Shown here: piece by piece, positions 9,084-17,990 of the stretch
Numbering within the stretch: position 1 is the stretch's first letter
How the letters are laid out: every line of letters starts with the position of its first letter
Assembly (NCBI GenBank): GCA_963788205.1
Contig: CAWBGG010000004.1
Span: forward strand, 14,166 to 78,165
Reading direction: 5' to 3'
From: an uncultured delta proteobacterium
GTDB taxonomy: Bacteria > Desulfobacterota > Binatia > Binatales > Binataceae
Length of the DNA stretch: 64,000 nt
Translations under genes and position numbers: made by a program
The notes under the pieces: generated by a model
The model's database searches: none
The model's input: only the letters and a program-made list of their open reading frames with translations
What the model was told of the DNA's origin: nothing

Positions 9084-10052
9084 TCAACTAAGGGATTCGC
9101 CGGTCGGTTCGGTCTTGCCGGTCAACTGCTTGTACGTCAGCCGACGCCCGACCACCGACCCCAGCGTTTGGGCGAACCGGCCAGCATCATCAGTCTTGCG
9201 GTTGTTGTATCGGAATGCCTGCTCGTCCAGATAGCGGAACAAGTGGAACGGCTCGACGCTAACGTACGTTCCTTTCAATCCACGCTTCAACAGCGACCAA
9301 AAGTTTTCGATCCCGTTCGTGTGGATGTTTCCCTTCACGTAGGTTTCCGCGTGATCGATTACCTTGTGTACGTACTCGCGGTCCAAGCCGAGGTATCCGA
9401 CCCACGCATCTGTGAAAACATCGGAGCCCGGTTTGACGTGCTTCCGTATCTCAGCTTGCAAGGTGTCGCGTCGCGTATCAGAGACGTGCTTAACGCGAAC
9501 CTCGCGGGTATTCCGATCCAAGATGCCCATCACGATCGCTTTGCCCGCTCCGCCCGTGCCGGTGATCTTGGCCTTCTTGTTCTTGTGCATGTTGCGCGCG
9601 AGTCCGCCGATGAACGATTCGTCGGCCTCAATCTCGCCTTCCAGTTTGGTCCAGAAGGTTCCACGCTGCATGGCTTTGCGAACCCGGTGCAACATGAACC
9701 ACGCGGTTTTCTGCGTGACGCCAAGGTCGCGCGCGATTTCGTAGCTGCTAATGCCGTTCTTGCAGTTGGTCAGCAGCCAGACGGCGGGAAGCCACTTTTC
9801 GAGGCCGATGGGCGAATCCTCAAAGAGCGTTCCGACCTTTATGCTGAACTGCCGCCGGTCGTGCGGAACGCTGCATTTCCAGCGGCGCTGGTTCGCCAGA
9901 AAATGGACCTTGGCGCTGTTGCAGATCGGGCAAATCACGATGCCGTCAGGCCAGCGCAGTTGAGCCAAGAACCGAAGGCATACGTCGGGGTCTTTGAAGT
10001 ACCGAACCGCATCAAGGAAGGTTCGCGGGGTCGCTATCGTGTTCGTTTCCAT
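9084..10052 (-). CDS. IS1595-family transposase (ISXO2-like)
   Basis: 322-aa ORF. LRWPDGIVICPICNS...WKCS zinc ribbon, GISSYEIARDLGVTQKTAWFMLHRVR HTH, IEADESFIGG, and TNGIENFWSLLKRG motifs. Confidence 0.9.
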   Translation of the reverse strand: METNTIATPRTFLDAVRYFKDPDVCLRFLAQLRWPDGIVICPICNSAKVHFLANQRRWKCSVPHDRRQFSIKVGTLFEDSPIGLEKWLPAVWLLTNCKNGISSYEIARDLGVTQKTAWFMLHRVRKAMQRGTFWTKLEGEIEADESFIGGLARNMHKNKKAKITGTGGAGKAIVMGILDRNTREVRVKHVSDTRRDTLQAEIRKHVKPGSDVFTDAWVGYLGLDREYVHKVIDHAETYVKGNIHTNGIENFWSLLKRGLKGTYVSVEPFHLFRYLDEQAFRYNNRKTDDAGRFAQTLGSVVGRRLTYKQLTGKTEPTGESLS

Positions 10053-10058
10053 GCTTGA

Positions 10059-10087
10059 AATATAGCAAGGATAGGCGGGTTAGTCAA
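10059..10087 (-). promoter_or_regulatory. Transposase promoter inside the right IR of the outer IS
   Basis: Minus strand: TTGACT (10082-10087), 17-nt spacer, TATATT (10059-10064). The ATG at 10052 lies 6 nt after the -10. Confidence 0.45.
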
Positions 10088-10178
10088 GTATGTTGTTACC
10101 CTAATTCGGACAGTACCGACCGCAGCGCGTTCGTTGCGCCGAACAGATTCGCGGTTTATGATCGCCGTGGGACGTCCG

Positions 10179-10412
10179 ATGAAGAAGGTGATCCAGGTCA
10201 GGATTTTCCGGGGCGAACAATTCTACGTCGCGGAATGTCTGGACCTGCCGGTCGTAACGCAAGCGAAGACGCTCGACGAACTCGCTGCGAATCTCAAGGA
10301 AGCGATCGCATTGCAGCTCGAGGGCGAAGACCCCTCGGACTTCGGGCTGGAACCGAACCCCGCTGTAGTCGCAACTTTCGAACTGGACACCGCTATCGGT
10401 GCCAAAGCTTAA
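10179..10412 (+). CDS. hicB: HicB-family antitoxin (UPF0150-like)
   Basis: ORF track frame 10134-10412; likely start ATG 10179 (MKKVIQVRIFRGEQFYVAECLDLPVVTQAKTLDELAANLKEAIALQLEGE). Overlaps the hicA start by 14 nt. Confidence 0.75.
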   Translation: MKKVIQVRIFRGEQFYVAECLDLPVVTQAKTLDELAANLKEAIALQLEGEDPSDFGLEPNPAVVATFELDTAIGAKA

Positions 10413-10644
10413 GCGCCTCTCTGGCGCTCAGCTAATCACCGCCTTCGCTCGACTCGGGTTTGCGGTTGTCGGGCGGAAGGGCAGCCACGTCAAACTGCGC
10501 CACGTGCTGACTGATGGCACGCGGCAAACGCTAACGATCCCCACTCATCCGGAACTGGACAAGGGGACCCTTGCCGGGATTCATCGCCAGGCGCTTCGCT
10601 ACGTCTCGGCAGAAGACCTTCGACCCATTTTCTACAGCGACTAG
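10399..10644 (+). CDS. hicA: HicA-family mRNA interferase toxin
   Basis: 81-aa ORF with GTG start. LKRLSGAQLITAFARLGFAVVGRKGSHVKL is the YcfA/HicA signature. Confidence 0.8.
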   Translation: MPKLKRLSGAQLITAFARLGFAVVGRKGSHVKLRHVLTDGTRQTLTIPTHPELDKGTLAGIHRQALRYVSAEDLRPIFYSD

Positions 10645-10661
10645 AGCGCGCGAGGCCCGAT

Positions 10662-11891
10662 TCACACCGCGGCTCTCACCGCGCTGTGTCCGAAGCGCAC
10701 CGGCAGGTGCTTTATCCCGTTGATGAAGTTCGAGCGCAGGCGCTTGACTTCGCCGATTTGCTCGACGCGCGGCACGCGCTTCACCAGCTCCTCGAACATG
10801 ATGTTCATCTCCAGCCGCGCGAGGTTGGCGCCCAGGCAATAGTGCGGTCCGCCGCCGCCGAACGCCACGTGCTCGTTGGGGTCGCGCTTGATGTCGAACT
10901 TGAAGGGCTCGTCGAAGATCTCTTCGTCGCGATTGGCCGAGATGTGCCAGATGCTGAGCTTGTCGCCGGCCTTGAGCTGCTGCCCGTGCAGTTCCGCGTC
11001 GCGCGTCACGTTGCGCCGGAAGTACATCACCGGCGAGGCCCAGCGCAGGATTTCCTCGGTCGCCGACGGCACCAGCCGTGGGTCATCGACCAGCATCGCG
11101 TATTGCTCGGGATGCTGAATCAGCGCATACAAGCCGTGCGACAGCGCGTTGCGCGTGGTCTCGTTGCCGGCCACCGCCAGCAGCAGGAAGAAAATATTGA
11201 AGTCGATCTCGGACAGCCGGTCGCCGTCGGCCTCGGCCAGCAGGGTGGTGATGATGTCGTCGTGAGGATCCTTGCGGCGCTGCTCGGCGAGGGTTTGCGC
11301 ATACATGAACATCTCGAGCGCCGCGCCGCGCGCCAGCTCTTCGCTGACCGCATACTCGGGATCGCGGCTGCCGATCAGCCGATTGCTCCATTCGAAGACT
11401 TTGTGCCGATCTTCGAACGGCACACCCAGCATCTGCGCGATCACCTGCAGCGGCAGCTCAGCGGCGACCTCCAGCACGAAATCGCACGAGCCCTTGTCAA
11501 CCGCCTTGTCGAGAATTTCGGTCACCGTTTCGCGAATCGAGTCGCCGAGCGCGTTGATCATGCGCGGCGTGAAGCCGCGGTTGACCAGCTTGCGATAGCG
11601 GGTGTGTTCCGGCGGGTCCATCGTGAGCATCATGCGCCCTTCGTCGGTGAGGCTGGTGTTGCCTTGCTCCAGCACGACCACCCCCCCGCGCTTCTGCTCG
11701 GATGAATAGGTCTGGGCCTCGCGGTTGACCTCGACCAGATCGCGATAGCGGGTCACCACCCAGAAACCGGGGCCGCGGGGCTCCGGATGCTTGTAGATCG
11801 GCGCGTTGTGCCGCAGGTAGGTGAACCATTCATGCGGCACGCCTTGGACAAAGCGGTCCGGGTCCAGCAGGTCAATCTCGCTCGGGTTCAC
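10662..11891 (-). CDS. Cytochrome P450 (CYP124/125/142-like clan)
   Basis: 409-aa ORF. Heme-thiolate loop FGGGGPHYCLGANLAR, ExxR (EEILRW), I-helix AGNETT. The N-terminus resembles steroid/terpenoid omega-hydroxylase P450s. Confidence 0.9.
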   Translation of the reverse strand: MNPSEIDLLDPDRFVQGVPHEWFTYLRHNAPIYKHPEPRGPGFWVVTRYRDLVEVNREAQTYSSEQKRGGVVVLEQGNTSLTDEGRMMLTMDPPEHTRYRKLVNRGFTPRMINALGDSIRETVTEILDKAVDKGSCDFVLEVAAELPLQVIAQMLGVPFEDRHKVFEWSNRLIGSRDPEYAVSEELARGAALEMFMYAQTLAEQRRKDPHDDIITTLLAEADGDRLSEIDFNIFFLLLAVAGNETTRNALSHGLYALIQHPEQYAMLVDDPRLVPSATEEILRWASPVMYFRRNVTRDAELHGQQLKAGDKLSIWHISANRDEEIFDEPFKFDIKRDPNEHVAFGGGGPHYCLGANLARLEMNIMFEELVKRVPRVEQIGEVKRLRSNFINGIKHLPVRFGHSAVRAAV

Positions 11892-11922
11892 GGCGGTTTC
11901 CTCCGGGAAAATGGAGTCGGTT

Positions 11923-11984
11923 CAAATGTATCAGTTCACACCGGCGAGGCCACCTCGGCCAAATGAACGAGTGGAGGAACTACT
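11923..11984 (-). repeat. Conserved ~60-nt upstream element, copy 1 (between the giant gene stop and the P450 start)
   Basis: Shares an exact 16-mer CAAATGTATCAGTTCA (11923-11938) plus CCGGCG, TCGG.CAAAT and AACGAGTGGAGGA blocks with 17029-17088 (roughly 75-80% identity). Confidence 0.6.
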
Positions 11985-14900
11985 GCTTGGAGGCGGACCA
12001 GGTGCCGTTGGCGGAGGTGAAGCCGGAGGAGGATGCGGGCGCGGTGCACGACCAGGTGCCGGACGCGGTCGCAGCTCCGGCAGCGCCCACCGAAAAGGTT
12101 CCCGTAAACGAGCACGACCCGCCGGCTGCGCCGATACCGTCAATCGTGAAGCTGCCGCTGTCGTTGTCCAGCGTGCCGCTGCCCGCCGCGGGCGCCGTCG
12201 TAGTGATCGTCGAGCCGGCCACGCCCAGGTCCAGCGCGCCGCTTATCGGACAGGAGATCCCGCCGGTGAAGAACTGCGTGCCACTGAAGTTGCCCGAGTA
12301 AGTGCCGTCGAACGGCGGCGCGGCCTGATCGAATGAAGTCGCGGTCTGACGGACACTGGCATAGGTATTCTGCAACAGACCCTGGCCTTGCATCACGACG
12401 GTGCTGACCTGATTGCTGGAGCCTAGATTGAAGGTCTGCACCGAGCTCTCTACCGCCAGGCGCGCCTGATCCGAGGTCTGTCCTAGCGAGACGCCGATAC
12501 TGATCAACAGTCCGCCCGGACCGAGGTTGGCATACAGCAGCGCTTCCGCCGGTGCCAGCGTGGCCACCTGCGGATTGCCGGCCTGCGAGAGAATCCCCAG
12601 CGCTACACCTACAGCGCCGTTCACGATCGCGGCTGCTGCGGCGGCCGCCCCCGGCTGCTGGCAGGCCGGCGAAGTCTCCGAGGCCAGGAACAACTGCGCG
12701 ATGTCGTTGGTAAACGCGGCCGGATTGCCGGTATCGTTCAGCGCCTGCTGGGCTTGCGCTGCCAGACATCCGCTGCCGCTGGCCTGCGGCCCGATCGCGG
12801 GGCCGAACTGCGATACGGCGGCCGATTGCGATCCGCCTGCGCCGGCCAGCGTCGTGAGCATCGCCAGAAGCTGGGTCTCGGCCGTGGTCAAAGCGCTTTG
12901 GCCGACCGTGACGTTGACTCCGTTCACGCTTCCCAGCGTGGTCGAGGCGGTGCTGCTGCTGATCGCCGAGATCAGCGCCTCGAGCGATCCCACCAGATCG
13001 CCCAGCGAGCCCGAAAGCGAGGCCAGCTGGGTGCCGGCCACCGCGGTCTCAAGCTGCGTGGCGAATCCCTCCTCGCCTTGGAGGAAGGCCAAGGTGGCTT
13101 GTTCGGGTGACAACGAAGAGTTCGTAGGCGGCACGGTTATCTTGAGTGACGGCGATTTCGCGCTCAGCGTCGTCCCGGAAGTCAGCGTCTCCTCCAGGCT
13201 GAGCGCGGCGCTGCCCGCCGCCAGATCGCCGGTGGCTTGATCGATCAACGGCGGTGCCGTCACCAAAATCGACGCGCCGTTGTTCTGCGCGGCAGCTTCG
13301 GGAATCGAGAGCACCGTCTTGCCCTTGAGCTTTTCGCTAAAGGTGACCAGTACCGGTGCATTCGGCGCGAAGCCCGAACCGTTGAGGGTTACCTGGCTGA
13401 ACGCCGCCAGTGATTTGGAGCTGAGCGACGCGACTTTGGGAGTCTCCCCGGTGCCCGAGAGCCTGACTGTCACCTTGGGACCGCTGGTGAAGGTGATCCT
13501 CAGCGAGGCGCTGCGCCCACCCCGCTTCGTGGGTTTGAAACTCACCGAGATGTAGCAACTGGTGTTGGGCTGGAGCGTCTGGCCGGTGCAGCCATCATTC
13601 TCGCCGAAATCAGCGGAGTCGCCCTTGAGAGTGATACCGGTGACGGTCAGCGCCTTGCCGGTGGTGTTTTCCAGAGCCGCGGTCGCCGGCGCGATTGAAG
13701 AGCCCAGCGCCTGCTTGCCGAAGCTGATCGCCTTGATAGTTGGCGGCTTGCCGCTGGTCGCCTTGTCAGGCTCCCACGCCAGGGCCTCAGCAGCCGCGGA
13801 GGCCGGGCCGCATGCGAATCCGGGGGTCGGTGTAGGTGTTGGTATTGGCGTCGGCGTCGGAGGTGGGATCGGCGTGGGAGTGGGCGTTGGTGAAGGCGTC
13901 GAGGTAGGCGTCGGGGTCGGGTTTGGTGTCGGTGACGGAGTGGCCGTCGGAGTCGAGGTTGGTGTGGAAGTTGGGGTTAGCGTGGGAGTTGGAGTGGGCG
14001 TCGGTGATGGCGTCGGAGTCGGAGTCTGAGTAGCCGTAGGAGTTGGTGTCCGGGTCGCGGTCGGAGTCGCGGTCGGCGTTGGGACCTGCGTAGGAGTTGG
14101 TGTCGGTGAAAGTGTCGGACTCGGCGTAGGTGTCCGGGTTGGAGTCGGCGCGGGAGTTGGAGTCGGCGTAGGTGATGGGCTCGGCGTGGGCGTAGGCGTC
14201 GCCGAGGGACTAGGTGTTGGCGTCGGTGTAGGTGTTGGTGTTGGCGTCGATGAGACCAGCGGCGCTAGATTGAGTTGAAACCCGAGACTGTCTCCGGCAA
14301 CGACAGCAGTCGATGACTGGGCGCCCGTATTCGTTCCGCTCGCCGCGATGAGCTCAGTATCGTTCGCGATGTCCGGGCCTGTCCCTGTAACGTTGTGATC
14401 GTAAACCAGTTGGTAGCCAGCCGGGATCGTAATTGAGTTGTTATTCGTGATTGACCAGAAAAGCGTGTTGAGCGTGTTGTTCTGAGTGGTGGTTATAGCC
14501 GGTGCGCTCAGATTCGTGCTTGCGGTGGTGCAGGAATGCCCGAAGTTTTCCACCGGGGTCGCGCCTACGCTCGCAAACAAGGTAATGCCGGCGTCGCCCA
14601 GGTAACTCGCAGGATTGCCCGACGCCTGGAAATTCCAGGTGTATTCAGTCGTCGCGGTTTCACCTGCCTGGACGAACTTGCTATAGACGGCGGTTTGCAG
14701 ACTACCGCAAGTCCCTGTGTCAACCAGGGTCCAATTGCAGGTTCCCGTCCCCGCGCCCGTGCAGCAGGAGGCCGGGTTATTGGCGGCAATACACTGCGCG
14801 TTCGAGGGCGCAATGATCGTGGCTTCCGACGCCAGCGGACAGGTCCCGGTCCCCGCTCCCGTACAGCACGCGAACGGAGGGGCGGCGCCGACCGTGCATT

Positions 14901-16956
14901 GGGGGTTTTCGCTCTCGATGGCGACCGTCGCAAGCATAAACTCGCCGGCCTGCGCTGTGTTGGGCAGGGTTGCGGTCACGCTGGTGTTCCCGTTCGGACC
15001 CGTGTCGGTGGTGGTTGAGGTCACCACGCCCGGCGGCGGCGCCGGCGGCAAGGCGGCCTGGAGCGGCGTGACGACCGGCTTGGCCAGACCCAGGATCTCG
15101 CCGACGCTTTGGCCCAACTCATTCGTTACAAAGACGTTGCCGGACCCGTCCAGCGCTATCGAGTAGGGGACGTTGAACGCCGCACCAGCGGGGGCGAAGT
15201 TGAGGCCGGTGGCGTAAGCGCTCGCCGCCGTCAGCTCGCTCACGCTGTTGCCGGCGTAATTCGCCGCAAAGACGTTACCCGATCCATCCAGCGCTAGAGA
15301 GACGGGCTCGTTGAACGACGCGCTCGCGGGGGCGAAGTGGAGGCCGGTGGCGTAGCCGCTCGCCGCCGTCAGCTCGCTCACGCTGTTACCTGACGTGTTC
15401 GCCACAAAGACGTTGCCGGAATCGTCTAACGCTATCGATTCGGGGTTGCTGAACGACGCGCCAGCGGGGGCGAAATGGAGGCCGGCGGCGTAAGCGCTCG
15501 CCGCGGTCAGCTCGCTCACGCTGGCGCCGCTGTAATTCGCCACGAAGACGTTGCCGGATCCGTCCAGCGCTAGCGATAAGGGGCTGCTGAACGACGCACC
15601 CGCGGGGGCGAAATTGAGGCCCGTGCCGTAAGGGGGACTGCTGCCCGCGGTCAGCTCACTCACGCTGTTGCCAACCTCATTCGCCACGAAGACGTTGCCG
15701 GATCCGTCCAGCGCTAGCGAGAAGGGGTCGTAGAACGACGCATCCGCGGGGGCGAAATTGAGGCCCGTGCCGTAAGGGGGACTGCTGCCCGCGGTCAGCT
15801 CGCTCACGCTGCCGCTGCCGTAATTCGCCACAAAGACGTTGCCCGATCCGTCCAGCGCCATCGAGTGCGGTGTACTGAGCTGCGCGCCCGCCGGGGCAAA
15901 GTTGAGGCCGGTAGCGTAGCCGCTCGCCGCGGTCAGCTCGCTCACGCTGGCGCCGCCGTAATTCGCCACAAAGACGTTACCGGATCCATCTAGCGCTATC
16001 GGGATGGGATCGTCGAACGCTGCGGACGCGGGGGCAAACCTGAGCGCCATCTCCCATCCGTCGGGCGCCGCCGCCAGCGTCGGTTCGAACGGCGCACTCA
16101 CCGACGCCAATCCGTACAGCGCGCTCACGTTGTTCGCCGGGTTGGTGACGATCAGGTGCGCCGCTCCCAGCGTGTCGGTGATCGTGGGAGTTCCCGAGCA
16201 CATCCCAGGGGCCGCTTCTCCCCCGATGAAGGTCAGCCCCGGGGTGGCATCGCACAAGAGCTGCACGCATGCGGTCGATGACGATCCGGAACTCTCGACG
16301 CATCCCGCCAGGATGTTGGCCAGCGTGTCGAGTCGCTTCAGCCCGTCGCAGTTCGCCGGCGGCGAGGCCGAGTTGCAGGCCGCCGCGGTGGGCAGAAAGC
16401 TCGACGGATTGCCGCTCACCGACAGAGTGGCCGGCGTGATGCTAGCCAGGTTGCCGAAGCCGGCGTAGGCGTTTTTCAATCCGGTCGCGTTAGTCGATGG
16501 CGCACCGATGGTATGCCCGCTAGAGTCGAAGAACTGCGCCAGCGCCCATTGGGCCGCCGCGGTGGTCAGCTCGTTGATCGTGACGCTGGTCGAGGCCGAA
16601 ATGCTGTTGCACGGACCCAGCGCCGCCATCAGTCCGATGGCCGAGTTGGCGGCATTCACGCCGATCTTGCCTCCACTCGCGGTTACAAAGGTCTGCGGGT
16701 TTCCCGCCGGGCAAGTGAAGGAGACGTTGTAGGCAGCGTCGGAGTTCGTAGCCGCGGTCCCGAGCACGCTGGCGCCCAAGCCGTAGCCGTTGGCGCCAGC
16801 CGCGTACAGCGTGACGGTGGAACCGGAAATCGGCGTCGACGATCCGCTCACGACCGTCCCGGTGAGATTGAGAGCCGACGATAGAGAGGGCGTGGCGAGA
16901 ATCGCAATCGCCAAGGCCAGCGCCAACCCGGCTGCTTTTGCTCCGGAGAGTTTCAT
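11980..16956 (-). CDS. Giant secreted multidomain protein: signal peptide, 7-blade NHL-like beta-propeller, Cys-motif domain, ~140-aa Pro/Thr linker, Ig-like domains, ~550-aa unassigned C-terminal region
   Basis: ORF track 11980-17061. Likely start is ATG 16956 ([28 protein letters not shown] signal peptide), giving 1658 aa. Seven [10 protein letters not shown] blades are present. Confidence 0.85.
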   Translation of the reverse strand: MKLSGAKAAGLALALAIAILATPSLSSALNLTGTVVSGSSTPISGSTVTLYAAGANGYGLGASVLGTAATNSDAAYNVSFTCPAGNPQTFVTASGGKIGVNAANSAIGLMAALGPCNSISASTSVTINELTTAAAQWALAQFFDSSGHTIGAPSTNATGLKNAYAGFGNLASITPATLSVSGNPSSFLPTAAACNSASPPANCDGLKRLDTLANILAGCVESSGSSSTACVQLLCDATPGLTFIGGEAAPGMCSGTPTITDTLGAAHLIVTNPANNVSALYGLASVSAPFEPTLAAAPDGWEMALRFAPASAAFDDPIPIALDGSGNVFVANYGGASVSELTAASGYATGLNFAPAGAQLSTPHSMALDGSGNVFVANYGSGSVSELTAGSSPPYGTGLNFAPADASFYDPFSLALDGSGNVFVANEVGNSVSELTAGSSPPYGTGLNFAPAGASFSSPLSLALDGSGNVFVANYSGASVSELTAASAYAAGLHFAPAGASFSNPESIALDDSGNVFVANTSGNSVSELTAASGYATGLHFAPASASFNEPVSLALDGSGNVFAANYAGNSVSELTAASAYATGLNFAPAGAAFNVPYSIALDGSGNVFVTNELGQSVGEILGLAKPVVTPLQAALPPAPPPGVVTSTTTDTGPNGNTSVTATLPNTAQAGEFMLATVAIESENPQCTVGAAPPFACCTGAGTGTCPLASEATIIAPSNAQCIAANNPASCCTGAGTGTCNWTLVDTGTCGSLQTAVYSKFVQAGETATTEYTWNFQASGNPASYLGDAGITLFASVGATPVENFGHSCTTASTNLSAPAITTTQNNTLNTLFWSITNNNSITIPAGYQLVYDHNVTGTGPDIANDTELIAASGTNTGAQSSTAVVAGDSLGFQLNLAPLVSSTPTPTPTPTPTPSPSATPTPTPSPSPTPTPTPAPTPTRTPTPSPTLSPTPTPTQVPTPTATPTATRTPTPTATQTPTPTPSPTPTPTPTLTPTSTPTSTPTATPSPTPNPTPTPTSTPSPTPTPTPIPPPTPTPIPTPTPTPGFACGPASAAAEALAWEPDKATSGKPPTIKAISFGKQALGSSIAPATAALENTTGKALTVTGITLKGDSADFGENDGCTGQTLQPNTSCYISVSFKPTKRGGRSASLRITFTSGPKVTVRLSGTGETPKVASLSSKSLAAFSQVTLNGSGFAPNAPVLVTFSEKLKGKTVLSIPEAAAQNNGASILVTAPPLIDQATGDLAAGSAALSLEETLTSGTTLSAKSPSLKITVPPTNSSLSPEQATLAFLQGEEGFATQLETAVAGTQLASLSGSLGDLVGSLEALISAISSSTASTTLGSVNGVNVTVGQSALTTAETQLLAMLTTLAGAGGSQSAAVSQFGPAIGPQASGSGCLAAQAQQALNDTGNPAAFTNDIAQLFLASETSPACQQPGAAAAAAAIVNGAVGVALGILSQAGNPQVATLAPAEALLYANLGPGGLLISIGVSLGQTSDQARLAVESSVQTFNLGSSNQVSTVVMQGQGLLQNTYASVRQTATSFDQAAPPFDGTYSGNFSGTQFFTGGISCPISGALDLGVAGSTITTTAPAAGSGTLDNDSGSFTIDGIGAAGGSCSFTGTFSVGAAGAATASGTWSCTAPASSSGFTSANGTWSASKQ
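13823..14250 (-). repeat. Low-complexity (Thr/Ser-Pro)n linker-coding repeat inside the giant gene
   Basis: Plus strand reads as GGYGTNGG-type repeats. Encodes [32 protein letters not shown]...[17 protein letters not shown]. Confidence 0.9.
15090..16020 (-). repeat. Seven tandem ~47-codon NHL-like propeller repeats
   Basis: Repeat unit is L(A)[44 protein letters not shown], seven times, with strong nucleotide-level similarity between units. Confidence 0.85.
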
Positions 16957-17028
16957 ACGCGGTCCTGGCGCCGGCTCCCACACCCCCAGCGATAAGACGC
17001 TAGCACCGTTGCTGTTTGGCGTCGCTCC

Positions 17029-17088
17029 CAAATGTATCAGTTCAGGGCGCCGGCGCGACATCGGTCAAATAACGAGTGGAGGACTCGT
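17029..17088 (-). repeat. Conserved ~60-nt upstream element, copy 2 (upstream of the giant gene)
   Basis: CAAATGTATCAGTTCA at 17029-17044 and following blocks match 11923-11984. It lies 73 nt upstream of the giant gene start. Confidence 0.6.
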
Positions 17089-17624
17089 CTGGCGCGAGTG
17101 CTTCGCGCCGGAGTTCGGAGGCGGTCACGGCGGTCAACGCCAGCCGGAGTTCCGCCAGCGTTCCCGACCTCGGTCCGGCCTGTTCGGACCGAAACCGCCA
17201 ACCGGCCGATGCTCAGAACTTCTGCCCGGCCAGCCGGCCGCGAGTTTTCCGGGGGCAAGGTTGGTTGGGATGGGCTAGGGTGCCAAGGCGTGAACCGCGA
17301 TCTGCCGTCGGTTCTAACGGTTCAACCGGTTCCCGTTCTGTTCGGTCGGTCTTGGATGGGACAGCGGATTTAGAGACGCAAACATAGCTCAACACGCACC
17401 AACTAGCGCAGACTGTTGAAAGAAGCTCTATGCCAGACGGCCCTTCTGCTTGCGCAAAGCTAGTTCAGAGCCTAGAAGAGAACCGGTCGAGCGTGCTAGT
17501 TTGAACTATAAAATCATAAAATTATTTAGTGCAGACGATTGCGGCAGATGTCGTTTTTGTGCTAGGGATTTGCAATGGGTCGTCAAGTTGTACGGCAAAG
17601 TTAACATATTGTAGGGGGGCGGCG

Positions 17625-17990
17625 ATGAAACGCAAAATTTGTTTGGCGCTTGGAGTCTCGCTCCTGGTAGGCTTGGCGGAGTGTTCCAATGCGCCAAATG
17701 AGCCGCCCCGAGGATCGGCAGCGCTCGGCAGCGCTCGACCGTTGGCAACATCGGAAGCGGAAAAATCCCAAAGAAATGCAAAGGAAGCGCTAACGCTGGA
17801 AGAGGCGAGCGACATCATTGATGTTGGTGGGAAGTCGTTTTCTGCTTCAGATCTAGTTACTTTAGATACTCTCAGCGGCTTTTCGACGAGCGGACAGCGG
17901 AAGGCAAAACCGCAACAGCGGAGCCAGCCGAAAAGATCCGCTGCCGACACCCGAGCCAGTTCATCCGACTTCAGTACTCTTCTAAAATGA
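17625..17990 (+). CDS. Hypothetical secreted/lipoprotein-like protein
   Basis: ORF track 17529-17990. ATG 17625 gives MKRKICLALGVSLLVGLAEC (signal peptide with Cys). Low-GC, low-complexity basic tail. The 3' end overlaps the convergent protease gene by 20 nt. Confidence 0.45.
   Translation: MKRKICLALGVSLLVGLAECSNAPNEPPRGSAALGSARPLATSEAEKSQRNAKEALTLEEASDIIDVGGKSFSASDLVTLDTLSGFSTSGQRKAKPQQRSQPKRSAADTRASSSDFSTLLK

Larger units (their letters stand above)
5261..10117 (-). mobile_element. IS1595-family insertion sequence (outer element, 4857 bp including a nested IS) with cargo genes
   Basis: Terminal IRs start GGTGCTGTCC (5261) and end GGACAGTACC (10117): 9/10 at the tips, about 35/41 overall with one 9-nt indel. 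8-bp direct repeat GACCGCAG at 5253-5260 and 10118-10125. Transposase gene at 9084-10052. Lower GC than flanks. Confidence 0.8.

Noticed and set aside
7036-10058. Two ~500-aa plus-strand ORFs (7036-8517 and 8532-10058) covering both IS1595 transposase genes in antisense
   Set aside because: Both are exactly codon-aligned with the minus-strand genes, so stops appear only where the sense genes use TTA, CTA or TCA codons, which they avoid. Their shared LxQRPxxxD-type motif is simply the antisense of the conserved NxENFWSLLKRG transposase motif. The length is unusual for ~55% GC DNA, but I see no independent coding evidence.
12140-13240. Secondary ORFs inside the giant gene on both strands (12140-12769, 12527-13240, 13562-14029, 14536-15018)
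   Set aside because: They are alternative-frame or antisense readings of a continuous 1658-aa ORF, and their composition mirrors the Ala/Gly/Ser/Thr codon bias of the host gene.
13823-14250. Short periodic repeats that could be mistaken for a CRISPR or satellite array; the same applies to 53100-53960 and 15090-16020
   Set aside because: All three lie inside long ORFs and translate in frame to a (Thr/Ser-Pro)n linker, TPR units and propeller blades. There are no unique spacers and no repeat/spacer periodicity of 25-40 nt.
16957-17624. A possible gene or RNA in the ~670-nt gap upstream of the giant gene (ORFs 17032-17373, 17076-17387, 17213-17395)
   Set aside because: The ORFs overlap in three frames, are Arg/Pro/Ser-rich, and lack ribosome-binding sites. 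I saw no tRNA-like or other structured-RNA signature apart from the shared 60-nt element reported separately.
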